Source of the DNA: Actinomycetales bacterium
GTDB lineage: Bacteria > Actinomycetota > Actinomycetes > Actinomycetales > CAVURS01
DNA: 42,966 bases
NCBI GenBank assembly: GCA_045807245.1
Contig: JBJMHS010000076.1
Span: 1 to 42,966 of the forward strand
Reading direction: 5' to 3'
Shown here in pieces: positions 26,780-38,347 of the stretch. Positions within the stretch are counted from its first letter, which is position 1. Every line of letters begins with the position of its first letter. The notes under the pieces were generated by a model. That model was not told the DNA's origin, ran no database searches, and saw only the letters and a program-made list of their open reading frames with translations. Both the position numbers and the translations under genes were made by a program.

Positions 26780-27345
26780 CCAGCGGACTCCTCGGCGACC
26801 TGACCGGCCGGCTGCTGCTCGCGACGCCGAAGCTGGAGGACCCGTCGTTTCGCCGCACGGTCGTGCTGATGCTGAACCACGACGAGGACGGCGCGATGGG
26901 CGTCGTGGTGAACCGGCCGCTCGAGGTGGAGGTCGCCGTCGTCCTGCCGGACTGGCAGCCGTACCTCACCGCGCCCGGCGTGCTGTTCCAGGGCGGCCCG
27001 GTGTCGCTCGACTCCGCGCTGGGCCTGGTCGCGGTGCCGGGCGACGACGACGAGCCGCTCGGCGTACGCCGCATCATCGGCTCCCTCGGGCTCGTCGACC
27101 TGGACACGCCACCCGAGGTGGTCGTCGCGGAGCTGTCCGGCCTGCGCATCTTCGCCGGGTACGCCGGGTGGGGCGAGGGGCAGGTCGAGGCCGAGATCGA
27201 GGAAGGCGCCTGGTACGTCGTCGACGGTGAGGCCCGGGACCCGTTCTCGGACGAGCCGGAAGGGCTGTGGCGCACCGTGCTCCGCCGCCAGGGCGGCGAC
27301 CTGGCCATGGTGGCGACCTATCCCGAAGACCCCACTCTCAACTGA
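26776..27345 (+). CDS. YqgE/AlgH (DUF179) family protein
   Basis: GRLLLATP.L.DP.F.RTV, GVVVNRP, GGPV and FAGYAGW..GQ...EI..GAW. Confidence 0.93.
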   Translation: MTSGLLGDLTGRLLLATPKLEDPSFRRTVVLMLNHDEDGAMGVVVNRPLEVEVAVVLPDWQPYLTAPGVLFQGGPVSLDSALGLVAVPGDDDEPLGVRRIIGSLGLVDLDTPPEVVVAELSGLRIFAGYAGWGEGQVEAEIEEGAWYVVDGEARDPFSDEPEGLWRTVLRRQGGDLAMVATYPEDPTLN

Positions 27346-27348
27346 CCC

Positions 27349-27448
27349 TGCTCCCCAGCCCGCGCGGTGCTCCCCAGCGCCCGGTGATCGGCCCCGGAAC
27401 GGGGGCCGATCACCGGGCTGCGGGGAGCACCGCGGGCTGCGGGGAGCA
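27349..27448. repeat. ~100-bp intergenic nested palindrome (REP/BIME-like)
   Basis: Perfect 17-bp core stem GCCCGGTGATCGGCCCC / GGGGCCGATCACCGGGC. It is extended by two TGCTCCCCAGC units on the left and two GGGCTGCGGGGAGCAC units on the right. Confidence 0.8.
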
Positions 27449-27469
27449 CGCTGCTCGTAGACTCGGCGC

Positions 27470-27811
27470 ATGCGCCTGACCCGGATGAGCAGCACCGAGC
27501 CTGAGCCGCTCCGGCAGCCGGCGGCCGAGCCGGAGCCGCTGCCGTCGCAGACGACCACCACCGTGCTCGAGCGGGAGCTCGTCGAGGAGCGACAGCTCTC
27601 CGAGCCGGGGGACCACGAGCGCTTCGCGCACTACGTGCGCAAGGAGAAGATCCTCGAGAGCGCGCTCACCGGCGACCCGGTGGTCGCCTTGTGCGGCAAG
27701 GTCTGGCTGCCCAGCCGTAACCCCGACCGGTTCCCGGTCTGCCCGGTCTGCAAGGAGATCCATCAGAACCTTCGGCCCGGCCGTGGGGACGACGGCGAGG
27801 GAGACAACTGA
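27470..27811 (+). CDS. DUF3039 domain protein
   Basis: GDHERFAHYVRKEKILESA..G.PVVALCGKVW.P.R.P..FPVCP.CKEI. Confidence 0.92.
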   Translation: MRLTRMSSTEPEPLRQPAAEPEPLPSQTTTTVLERELVEERQLSEPGDHERFAHYVRKEKILESALTGDPVVALCGKVWLPSRNPDRFPVCPVCKEIHQNLRPGRGDDGEGDN

Positions 27812-27837
27812 GCGCCAGCACGTCGCGGTCCCTCACC

Positions 27838-29175
27838 GTGGGGATCGTTGCGCTGGTCACCTTCAACGCGTTCGAGGCTCTCGCCGTCTCAACGGCCATG
27901 CCGGTGGCAGCGACCGAGCTCGGTGGTGTGCGCGAGTACGCGCTGGCCTTCTCGCTGTTCATGACGACGAGCCTGCTCGGGACGGTCCTGGCCGGAGGCT
28001 GGGCCGACGCGACCGGGCCGCGCCTGCCGCTCGTGACCGGGCTGGCGCTGTTCGGCGTCGGGCTGGTCGTGTCCGGCGTCGCGACGTCGTTCAGCCTGCT
28101 GATCGTCGGTCGTGGTGTCGCCGGGTTCGGGGCCGGACTGCAGATCGTCTCGTTGTACGTGATCGTCGCCGACTCGTATCCGACCGAACGCCATGCGCGC
28201 ATCTTCAGCTACCTGTCCGCGGCGTGGGTCGTGCCGTCGATCATCGGCCCGGCCCTGGCCGGCTGGGTGGCCTCCTCCGTGTCGTGGCGGATCGTCTTCC
28301 TCGGCGTACCCCCGCTGGCGGTCCTCGCCTGGCTGGTCCTGCTCACCGGCCTGACGAGTGTCGGCACCGGCCGGGCCGGCCGCGAGCCCGCCGCCGGCCC
28401 GGAGCAGCGGCGCGCCGAGTCCCAACGCGCCCGCGCGGCGTACGGGCTCTGTCTGGCCGGCGGCGCGCTGCTCGTCCAATGGGGCACCCAGGACGTGAAG
28501 GACTGGTTCGGCATCCCGGTCACCGTGGCCGGGGTGGCGGTGGTGGTGCTCTCCCTCCCGCCACTGCTGCCGCGCGGCGCCCTGCGACTGCACCTGGGCC
28601 TGCCCAGCGTCGTGATCACGCGGGGTCTGCTGACGGCGTCGTTCTTCGCGACCGAGACGTTCATCCCGCTGTTGCTGGTCACCAGCCGTGGGTTCAGCCC
28701 GGCCAAAGCGGGCCTCGTCCTGACCGGCGCGTCGCTGGGCTGGTCGGCCGGCTCGTGGCTGCTCGGCCGCGACTGGCTGCACTGGGCCCGGCGACGGTCG
28801 CTGGTCACCGGCGCCCTGGTGATGTCCGTGGGCATGGTGTGCCTGGTCGGTGTCGGGCTGGCCTGGTTCACCGAGTACGCCGTGCTCGGCATCTGGCTGG
28901 TCGCGGGGCTCGGCATGGGCATGGCGTACTCGTCCACGTCGGTGCTCGCGCTGCTGCTCGCGCCCCAGGGTGAGGAGGGCCGGGCGTCGTCGGCACTGCA
29001 GCTCTGCGACGGCCTCGGCGGCGTGCTCGGCATCGGCATCAGCGGAGCGATCTTCGCCGTCGCGCACCAGCCGGGCCGCGACGACGGCCACACCCTGGCC
29101 GGCATCTGGGCCGGCCTGGCCGTGGTGGCCGCACTGGCCATGGTGACCGGGTCGCGGGCCCGCTTGCGCGCCTGA
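27838..29175 (+). CDS. MFS transporter
   Basis: AFEALAVSTAMP, GGWADATGPR and AAWVVPSIIGP; polytopic hydrophobicity. The true start may be at 27808. Confidence 0.9.
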   Translation: MGIVALVTFNAFEALAVSTAMPVAATELGGVREYALAFSLFMTTSLLGTVLAGGWADATGPRLPLVTGLALFGVGLVVSGVATSFSLLIVGRGVAGFGAGLQIVSLYVIVADSYPTERHARIFSYLSAAWVVPSIIGPALAGWVASSVSWRIVFLGVPPLAVLAWLVLLTGLTSVGTGRAGREPAAGPEQRRAESQRARAAYGLCLAGGALLVQWGTQDVKDWFGIPVTVAGVAVVVLSLPPLLPRGALRLHLGLPSVVITRGLLTASFFATETFIPLLLVTSRGFSPAKAGLVLTGASLGWSAGSWLLGRDWLHWARRRSLVTGALVMSVGMVCLVGVGLAWFTEYAVLGIWLVAGLGMGMAYSSTSVLALLLAPQGEEGRASSALQLCDGLGGVLGIGISGAIFAVAHQPGRDDGHTLAGIWAGLAVVAALAMVTGSRARLRA

Positions 29176-29199
29176 CCCGCGACCCGTCAGGCTCGCCCC

Positions 29200-30618
29200 G
29201 TGGAGGCTGAGGAGTACGACTTCGACCTGCTGGTGATCGGGTCCGGCCCAGGGGGCCAGAAGGCCGCCATCGCTGCGGCCAAGCTGGGCAAGCGGGTCTG
29301 CGTCGTGGAGCGCAAGCACATGGTCGGCGGGGTATGCCTGAACACCGGCACGATCCCGAGCAAGACGCTGCGGGAGGCGGTCCTGTACCTCACCGGTGTG
29401 TCGATGCGGGAGCTGTACGGCGCGAGCTACCGCGTCAAGCAGGACATCACCGTCCAGGACCTGCTCGCCCGCACCCAACACGTCATCGGCCGGGAGACCG
29501 AGGTGGTCCGGGCGCAGCTCTTCCGCAACCACATCGAGCTGGTCGCCGGCTCGGCGCGCTTCGTCGACCCGCACACCGTGACGATCGAAGGCTCGGACCG
29601 AGGCGAGAGATCACTGATCAGCGCGGCCAAGATCGTGGTCGCCACCGGCACCAAGCCGGCCCGTCCGCGCGAGGTCGCCTTCGACGGCAGCCGGGTGCTG
29701 GACTCCGACGGCATCCTCGAGCTGGAGAAGGTGCCGGACACGATGGTGGTCGTCGGAGCCGGCGTCATCGGCATCGAGTACGCCTCGATGTTCGCTGCCC
29801 TCGGCACGCGGGTCACGGTCGTCGAGAAGCGGCCGCGCATGCTGGAGTTCTGCGACCCGGAGATCATCGAGTCCCTGAAGTTCCACCTGCGCGACCACAC
29901 GGTCTCCTTCCGGTTCGGCGAGGAGGTCGCGTCCGTCGAGGCGAACGGTGCGGGAACGGTGACCGCCTTGGTCTCGGGCAAGCGCATCGCCGCCGACACC
30001 GTCATGTACTCGGCCGGGCGCCAGGGCGTGACCGGTGAGCTCGACCTCGGCAACGCGGGCCTCGAGGCGGACGGCCGCGGGCGGCTCTCGGTGGACGAGC
30101 ACTACCGCACCAAGGTCGACCACATCTACGCGGTCGGGGACGTCATCGGCTTTCCCGCGCTCGCGGCCACCTCGATGGACCAGGGTCGGCTGGCCGCCTC
30201 GCACGCCTTCGACGAACCGGCCAACGAGCTGCGCGGGCTGCAGCCCATCGGCATCTACACGATCCCGGAGATCTCGTACGTCGGGCAGACCGAGGAGCAG
30301 CTCACCGCCGACTCGGTGCCGTACGAGGTCGGCCTCTCGCGGTACCGGGAGCTCGCGCGCGGGCAGATCGTCGGTGACCCGTACGGCATGCTCAAGCTGC
30401 TCGTGCACACCGAGGACCGCTCGCTGCTCGGCGTACATGTCTTCGGCACGGGCGCAACCGATCTGGTCCACATCGGCCAGGCCGTCATGGGATGCGGCGG
30501 CACCGTCGACTACCTCGTCGACACGGTCTTCAACTACCCGACCCTGTCGGAGGCGTACAAGGTGGCTGCCCTCGACGTGGCGAACAAGCTGCGGGCGGTC
30601 GCCCGTTTCGGCAGCTAG
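29200..30618 (+). CDS. sthA: Si-specific soluble NAD(P)+ transhydrogenase
   Basis: [23 protein letters not shown] (no second Cys, as in SthA), GAGVIG.EYA and FNYPTL.EAYKVAA. Confidence 0.93.
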   Translation: MEAEEYDFDLLVIGSGPGGQKAAIAAAKLGKRVCVVERKHMVGGVCLNTGTIPSKTLREAVLYLTGVSMRELYGASYRVKQDITVQDLLARTQHVIGRETEVVRAQLFRNHIELVAGSARFVDPHTVTIEGSDRGERSLISAAKIVVATGTKPARPREVAFDGSRVLDSDGILELEKVPDTMVVVGAGVIGIEYASMFAALGTRVTVVEKRPRMLEFCDPEIIESLKFHLRDHTVSFRFGEEVASVEANGAGTVTALVSGKRIAADTVMYSAGRQGVTGELDLGNAGLEADGRGRLSVDEHYRTKVDHIYAVGDVIGFPALAATSMDQGRLAASHAFDEPANELRGLQPIGIYTIPEISYVGQTEEQLTADSVPYEVGLSRYRELARGQIVGDPYGMLKLLVHTEDRSLLGVHVFGTGATDLVHIGQAVMGCGGTVDYLVDTVFNYPTLSEAYKVAALDVANKLRAVARFGS

Positions 30619-30625
30619 TCGGCAG

Positions 30626-32463
<1,838 letters not shown>

Positions 32464-32472
32464 CCTCCTCGC

Positions 32473-33984
32473 GTGCCGTTCGTCCGCCATGTCGCGTTGG
32501 TCACCGGCGTAGCGGTCGTCACGGCGGTGCTCGCACCGATCGCCGGCTACGGCCGCCCAGGCATCGGCGACGGGCTCTACCCGAAGTACGGCAATGGCGG
32601 GTACGACGTCCAGCACTACGACATCGCGGTGTCGTACGCGCCGGCGACCCGCCGGCTGACCGGTACGGCGACGGTCACCGCGGTGGCGCAGAAGAGCCTC
32701 ACCCGGTTCGACCTCGACTTCGTGCTGACCGTGCGCAGCGTCGTCGTCAACGGTCAGGCCGCGTCGTACTCGCAGTCGCTGACGACCAGCCCAGCCGGCA
32801 ACCACGGCGGCGAGCTCATCGTCCGGCCGGCCCGCGCGGTGGCCAAGGGCTCGACGATGACCGTCACGGTCAGCTACGACGGAACGCCGTCCACCCGCCG
32901 GGTCGGCGGTTTCACGCCCTGGGTCACCACGACGACCGGAGCCGCCGCCCTCGGTGAGCCCGAGTCGGCGGCCTGGTGGTTCCCGAGCAACGACCACCCG
33001 CGGGACAAGGCGACGTACGACGTCGCCATGACCGTGCCGGCCGGTCTGGAAGCCATCTCGAACGGCGTGCTGCAGTCGCACACGACGAGCGGCTCGATGA
33101 CGACCTGGAGCTGGCGCGAGACCCGGCCGATGGCGACGTACCTGGCGTTCGCGGCGATGGGGGACTACGCCCTCACGACGAGCACGGCTGGCGGGCTGCC
33201 GTTCTACGTCGCGGTCGGGACGAAGGTCGGCAAGGTCGGTGCGGCGGCGACCGCCGACCTCGACCGCACGCCCGAGGTCCTGGCCTGGGAGAGCACGCTG
33301 TTCGGCCCGTACCCGTTCGACGCCATGGGCGGCGTCGTCCCCGACGGCGACTTCGGCTACGCCCTGGAGAACCAGACCAAGCCCGTCTACACCCGCAGCT
33401 TCTGGTCCGGCGGGTCGAACATGTACGTCGTCGTGCACGAGAACGCGCACCAGTGGTTCGGCGACAGCGTGTCCGTGGACCGGTGGAAGGACATCTGGCT
33501 CAACGAAGGCTTCGCGACGTACGCCGAGTGGCTCTGGTCCGAGCATGTGGGCCAGGGCACAGCGCAGGAGATCCTCGCCGCGCAGTACGCCCGGTCCGCG
33601 GCGGACGCGTTCTGGACGACGAAGATCGGCGACCCGACGGAGCCGCAGCTGTTCGAGGACCCGGTGTACGACCGCGGCGCGATGACGCTGGGAGCGCTGC
33701 GAACCCGGATCGGTGACCCAGAGTTCTTCACCCTGCTGACGGGCTGGGCCGCCGCGCAGAAGGACGGCACCGCCACGACGTCGCAGTTCGTCGACCTGGC
33801 CGAGCAGGTGTCCGGCGAGGACCTCACGTCGTTCTTCGACGCCTGGCTGTTCAGTGCCGGCAAGCCGGCGGCGACACCGGGCAACGGCCTGTCCGCGACG
33901 TCGATGCGCGCCGGTCGTGCGCCGGCCTCGATGTCGGCGATGGAGGCGGCGCAGAGCCTCCTGCGTGGGAGGCTGCGGGGATGA
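32473..33984 (+). CDS. Secreted M1-family zinc metallopeptidase
   Basis: Signal-like N-terminus; GNGGYDV, WFPSNDHP, ALENQT, HENAHQW...NEGFATY and YDRGA. Confidence 0.92.
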   Translation: MPFVRHVALVTGVAVVTAVLAPIAGYGRPGIGDGLYPKYGNGGYDVQHYDIAVSYAPATRRLTGTATVTAVAQKSLTRFDLDFVLTVRSVVVNGQAASYSQSLTTSPAGNHGGELIVRPARAVAKGSTMTVTVSYDGTPSTRRVGGFTPWVTTTTGAAALGEPESAAWWFPSNDHPRDKATYDVAMTVPAGLEAISNGVLQSHTTSGSMTTWSWRETRPMATYLAFAAMGDYALTTSTAGGLPFYVAVGTKVGKVGAAATADLDRTPEVLAWESTLFGPYPFDAMGGVVPDGDFGYALENQTKPVYTRSFWSGGSNMYVVVHENAHQWFGDSVSVDRWKDIWLNEGFATYAEWLWSEHVGQGTAQEILAAQYARSAADAFWTTKIGDPTEPQLFEDPVYDRGAMTLGALRTRIGDPEFFTLLTGWAAAQKDGTATTSQFVDLAEQVSGEDLTSFFDAWLFSAGKPAATPGNGLSATSMRAGRAPASMSAMEAAQSLLRGRLRG

Positions 33985-34859
33985 GCCAACCGCCCGGACT
34001 CCCGCCCGAGGGCTGGTACCCCAACCCGGACAACGTCGAGCAGCAGCGCTGGTGGGACGGGCGGCAGTGGACCGAGCACGTCGCCGTCGGAGCGCCGATG
34101 GCCCCCGGGTACGGGCAGCCGCCCCAGGCACATCAGCTGCCTGAGCCTGCGCCGTACGAGCCGTACCAGCCCTACCAGCCGCAGCAGCCGCAGCCCGGTT
34201 ACCAGCCGCAGCCCGGGTACGCGCCGCACGGGCAGCCCGGCGGCTACCCGGCGTACCCCGCGGCCCTGCCCCGGGGCGTGCTGGCCGACGGGGCGCGCGT
34301 CGCCGGCTGGTGGTGGCGCGTGTTGGCCCGGGTCATCGACGGGCTGGTCACCACCGTGCCGACGGCGATCTTCGGCCTGCCGCTGATCCGGCGGGTGGTG
34401 GACCAGTTCCGCGACTACATCAACGCGGCCGATGCCGCGAACCGGGCCGGGCTGCCGATCCCGCACTTCAACTCCGGCACCATCACCCGCGACGTCCTCC
34501 TGCTCGGGTTGATCGGCGGCCTGGTCCAGATCGTCTACGAGGTGGTGTTCCTCAAGCTGTGCGCGGCGACGCTCGGCAAGCTGGCCTGTGGGCTGCGCGT
34601 GCGGGCCTGGGACGTTCGCGGGCCGCTGACCTGGCCGTTGATCGGCAAGCGGGTGCTCGGCTTCCAGGTCGCCACCTCGGTGCCGCAGGCCGGTGGGCTG
34701 TACTACCTGCTCGACGTGCTGTGGCCGTTGTGGGACTCGCGCAAGCAGGCCCTGCACGACAAGATCGCGGGATCGGCAGTGGTGAAGAGGCACGACGCGG
34801 TGCGAGAGCCCCAAACCTACGGTGGCGCAACCGGTTTCGGTTCCTACCAGCCGTTCTAG
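33981..34859 (+). CDS. RDD-family membrane protein with N-terminal DUF2510 and a P/Q/Y-rich linker
   Basis: GWYPNP....RWWDG..WT; RVLARVID; TLGK...GLRV; QALHDKIA. Confidence 0.88.
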   Translation: MSQPPGLPPEGWYPNPDNVEQQRWWDGRQWTEHVAVGAPMAPGYGQPPQAHQLPEPAPYEPYQPYQPQQPQPGYQPQPGYAPHGQPGGYPAYPAALPRGVLADGARVAGWWWRVLARVIDGLVTTVPTAIFGLPLIRRVVDQFRDYINAADAANRAGLPIPHFNSGTITRDVLLLGLIGGLVQIVYEVVFLKLCAATLGKLACGLRVRAWDVRGPLTWPLIGKRVLGFQVATSVPQAGGLYYLLDVLWPLWDSRKQALHDKIAGSAVVKRHDAVREPQTYGGATGFGSYQPF

Positions 34860-36106
34860 CTCCCGGCGTCGCCGCCGGCCGGACGGGCGGTCGGGCGGGC
34901 CGGCTGCACCCGACCGACGACCTGGCCGAAGCCGAGGCGACCGCCGCCCACCGCAGGCGCCCATGCGCTGATCGACACCTCGTCGCCGTCTTCGAGGAAC
35001 CCACGCGTCGTACCGTCCGCCAGCGTGATCGGCTCCGTGCCGTTCCAGGTGAGCTCCAACAGAGAGCCGCGCTGGCCCGCGTCCGGTCCGGACACGGTGC
35101 CGGACGCGAACACGTCGCCCGTGCGCAGGCTGGCGCCGTTCACCGTCATGTGGGCCAGCATCTGAGCGGGCGACCAGTACATCTCGGCGTACGGCGGCTC
35201 GGCCACGAGCGTGCCGTTGATCCTGACCTCGAGCCGCAGGTCGAACCCGGGGGCGTCGCCCCGGCCGCGCAGGTAGGGGAGCGGTGCCGGGTCCTGCCCC
35301 GGCACCTCGATGCGCGCGGCGTCGAGAGCGTCCAGTGGAACGACCCAAGGGCTCACGCTCGTCGCGAAGGACTTGCCGAGGAACGGCCCCAGGGGCACGT
35401 ACTCCCAGGCCTGGATGTCGCGGGCACTCCAGTCGTTGAGCAGGCAGGCCCCGAACACATGGTCGTCGAACGCGTCGACGGAGACCGAGTCACCGAGATC
35501 CGTTGGTACGCCGACGATGTAGGCCACCTCGGCCTCGATGTCGAGGCGGCGGCTGGGCCCGTACGACGGGGCCGCATCGTTTGGCGCCTTGCGCTGCCCG
35601 TGCGGGCGGACGACGTCGGTGCCGGAGACCACGATCGTCCCGGCGCGGCCGTGGTAGCCGATGGGCAGGTGCCGCCAGTTCGGGGTCAACGGCTCGCCGT
35701 CCGGGCGGAAGATGCGCCCCACGTTGCTCGCGTGGTGCTCGCTGGCATAGAAGTCCACGTAGTCGGCCACCTCGAACGGGAGGTGCAGCCGCACATCAGC
35801 GGCAGGGACGAGGTGCGGCTCGACCACGCTCGCGTACGCCGGGTGCGTCACCAGCTCGGTCAGCCACTGTCGGACCGCCCGCCAAGCGGGACGGCCCAGC
35901 GCCATGAACCCGTTCAGCGACGGCGCCTCAAACGTGTGCGCTCCGTCCAGCCCCTCGTTGGCAGCGACCGGTGCGAGGTCGATGACGTGGTCGCCGATCG
36001 CGACGCCGACGCGGGGCGACTCGTCCGGGGTCGAGAACACGCCGTACGGGAGGTTGCCGACGCCGAACGGCGTGTCCGGCGGCAGGTCGAGCCAGCTGTC
36101 GCTCAT
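34856..36106 (-). CDS. fahA: Fumarylacetoacetase
   Basis: NLPYGVF, DYVDFYAS..HA.N, YHGRAG, NDWSARDIQAWEYVPLGPF and SGTVSG. Confidence 0.95.
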   Translation of the reverse strand: MSDSWLDLPPDTPFGVGNLPYGVFSTPDESPRVGVAIGDHVIDLAPVAANEGLDGAHTFEAPSLNGFMALGRPAWRAVRQWLTELVTHPAYASVVEPHLVPAADVRLHLPFEVADYVDFYASEHHASNVGRIFRPDGEPLTPNWRHLPIGYHGRAGTIVVSGTDVVRPHGQRKAPNDAAPSYGPSRRLDIEAEVAYIVGVPTDLGDSVSVDAFDDHVFGACLLNDWSARDIQAWEYVPLGPFLGKSFATSVSPWVVPLDALDAARIEVPGQDPAPLPYLRGRGDAPGFDLRLEVRINGTLVAEPPYAEMYWSPAQMLAHMTVNGASLRTGDVFASGTVSGPDAGQRGSLLELTWNGTEPITLADGTTRGFLEDGDEVSISAWAPAVGGGRLGFGQVVGRVQPARPTARPAGGDAGS

Positions 36107-37038
36107 CGGCCGGCCGGCGCCAGGTCGGGGCCGAGCAGGCCCAGCGTGGCCAGCTCGCCGATCGGGTCGGTGACACCGCAGCAGCCGTAGGACGACCAGA
36201 AGGCCCGGATGACACTGGCGTCGGCCTCGCTCATGCCGTGCGTCCGGGTGACCAACGGCTCGACGTCGCGCTCAGCCAGGACCTCGACCAGCTCGTCCTC
36301 CTCCGCTCCGTTGAGGGCGGCCTTGATGGCACACAGGATGTTCAGCACGCCGTGGTGCTCGAGCCCGGTCGTTTCGTCCGTGCCCCGCACCGCGTGGTGC
36401 AGACCGGCCGTGAGCTTGAAGGTGAGGTCCAGGTCGATCGCATGGCGCAGGAACGCCGCCAGCTCCACCTCGCTCGGCACGGCCGCCGCATCGGCGCCGC
36501 CCGTCCGCAGCTTGGCCCCACCCGGCCCGTTCGACCGGGCGGCACCGGCGACCCGACCCAGCTGCTCGCGCAGGTATCCGTCGCGCTCGATCTCCCACCA
36601 CACGGCGCGCTTCGTCGTACCAGCCGCGCCGACGCCGGCCAGCTCGGCCCACGTGCGCTCCAGGTCGTCGACCGGTGTCAGCGGCAGCTCGACGGCAACG
36701 GTCGTCACGACGTCACGCACCGCGGTTGCCAGTGCCTCGCGCGCCTGTCCCACACCGGCCGGAGCGACGAACGCGACTCTGACGGGCTCTGAGAAGCCAT
36801 ATCCCCCAACGGCTTCCACCAGCTCGGCCGCGCGGCCAGCCGGGACGAGCAGCGGCCCGACCAGGCCGGCGTACGGGGCCGCCCGATGCTCGACGTGCTC
36901 CTTCAGCGCCTGGTCGAGCGGTGCGTTGCCGGGCGGGAACATGGCGGCGTCGTCCACCAGCCTGGTGAACAGGAGGGGGCTGGCCGAGCCGATCTGGCCA
37001 GGGTGCAGGGCAGCGTCGTCGCGACCGATGGGCGCCAT
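36103..37038 (-). CDS. Conserved hypothetical protein co-transcribed with fahA
   Basis: DDAAMFPPG, KLRTGG, FKLTAGLHHAVR, HHGVLN and SYGCC. ATG lies 6 nt after TAGCCT; ATGA overlap with fahA. Confidence 0.85.
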   Translation of the reverse strand: MAPIGRDDAALHPGQIGSASPLLFTRLVDDAAMFPPGNAPLDQALKEHVEHRAAPYAGLVGPLLVPAGRAAELVEAVGGYGFSEPVRVAFVAPAGVGQAREALATAVRDVVTTVAVELPLTPVDDLERTWAELAGVGAAGTTKRAVWWEIERDGYLREQLGRVAGAARSNGPGGAKLRTGGADAAAVPSEVELAAFLRHAIDLDLTFKLTAGLHHAVRGTDETTGLEHHGVLNILCAIKAALNGAEEDELVEVLAERDVEPLVTRTHGMSEADASVIRAFWSSYGCCGVTDPIGELATLGLLGPDLAPAGR

Positions 37039-37096
37039 GTCGGCAGGCTACGCTGAACGGACAGCTGACCGTTTGTCGCCTGTCCGGAGGAGAGCA

Positions 37097-38347
37097 ATGG
37101 CGCACTACCTCTCGATCGGGGAAGTGCCTCACAAGCGGCACACCCAGCATCGCCGGCCCGACGGAGGGCTCTACTACGAAGAGCTGATGGGTGAGGAGGG
37201 CTTCTCCAGCGACTCCTCGCTGCTGTACCACCGTGAGCTGCCCTCCGCGATCGTGGACGCCCGGCCGTGGGACCAGCCCGAGCTCAAGACCCACGCGAAC
37301 TTCCCCCTCAAGCCCAGGCACTTCAAACTGCACGACCTGTTCCCCGGCGACGCGTGGCGCGGCGTCGACGTCGTCCGCGGCCGCCGGCTCGTCCTCGGCA
37401 ACGGCGACGTGCGCATCTCCTACGCCGTCAGCGACACGCCGTCGCCGTTCTACCGCAACGGAGTCGGCGATGAATGCGTGTACGTCGAGGGGGGCGCGGC
37501 CTCCGTCGAGACGGTGTTCGGCACGCTGGAGGTGACCGAGGGCGACTACGTCATCCTGCCGCGCGCGACCACCCACCGCTGGGTGCCGAAGGACGTCGAG
37601 ACGACCGGGCCCCTGCGGGCCTACTGCATCGAGGGCAACAGCCACATCGCGCCGCCCAAGCGCTACCTGTCGCGGTACGGGCAGCTGCTCGAGCACGCGC
37701 CGTACTGCGAACGTGACCTGCGCGTGCCCGTGGGGCCCCTCCTCGCGGCCGACGACGAGGCCACCGACGACACCGACGTCTACATCAAGCACCGCGGCGA
37801 CGGCCCGGGCGGCCTGGTCGGCACGATCTACACCTACCCGTACCACCCGTTCGACGTCGCGGGCTGGGACGGCTGCCTGTATCCCTACGCGTTCAACGTG
37901 TCCGACTACGAGCCGATCACCGGCCGCATCCACCAGCCCCCGCCCGCGCACCAGGTCTTCGAGGGCTACAACTTCGTCGTGTGCAACTTCGTGCCGCGCA
38001 AGGTGGACTACCACCCGCTGTCGATCCCCGTGCCGTACTACCACTCCAACGTGGACAGCGACGAGGTGATGTTCTACTGCGGCGGGGACTACGAGGCGCG
38101 CAAGGGTTCCGGCATCGGGCAGGGGTCCATCTCACTGCATCCCGGCGGCCATGCGCACGGCCCGCAGCCGGGCGCCTACGAGCGAAGCATCGGCGCAGAG
38201 TACTTCGACGAGCTCGCGGTCATGGTCGACACGTTCCGGCCGCTGGAGGTCGGTGAGGGCGGCGTGTCGAGCGAGGACGAGGGCTATGCCTGGTCGTGGA
38301 GCGGACGCGGCCCCGACGGCAGCGGGAACGGGCGGGCTCACCCCTGA
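37097..38347 (+). CDS. hmgA: Homogentisate 1,2-dioxygenase
   Basis: KRHTQ, EELMGEEGFSSDSSLLYH, HPFDV.GWDG, PYYHSNVDSDE and HP...HGP. RBS GGAGG upstream of ATG 37097. Confidence 0.93.
   Translation: MAHYLSIGEVPHKRHTQHRRPDGGLYYEELMGEEGFSSDSSLLYHRELPSAIVDARPWDQPELKTHANFPLKPRHFKLHDLFPGDAWRGVDVVRGRRLVLGNGDVRISYAVSDTPSPFYRNGVGDECVYVEGGAASVETVFGTLEVTEGDYVILPRATTHRWVPKDVETTGPLRAYCIEGNSHIAPPKRYLSRYGQLLEHAPYCERDLRVPVGPLLAADDEATDDTDVYIKHRGDGPGGLVGTIYTYPYHPFDVAGWDGCLYPYAFNVSDYEPITGRIHQPPPAHQVFEGYNFVVCNFVPRKVDYHPLSIPVPYYHSNVDSDEVMFYCGGDYEARKGSGIGQGSISLHPGGHAHGPQPGAYERSIGAEYFDELAVMVDTFRPLEVGEGGVSSEDEGYAWSWSGRGPDGSGNGRAHP

Noticed and set aside
34151..34260. 9-bp quasi-tandem repeats (CCGTACGAG/CCGTACCAG/CCCTACCAG)
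   Set aside because: They encode an ordinary P/Q/Y-rich linker of the RDD protein and are not CRISPR-like.
36209..37096. N-terminal extension making HmgA a 712-aa fusion
   Set aside because: It is the antisense frame of the 36103..37038 gene. The real start is ATG 37097, which has a GGAGG RBS.
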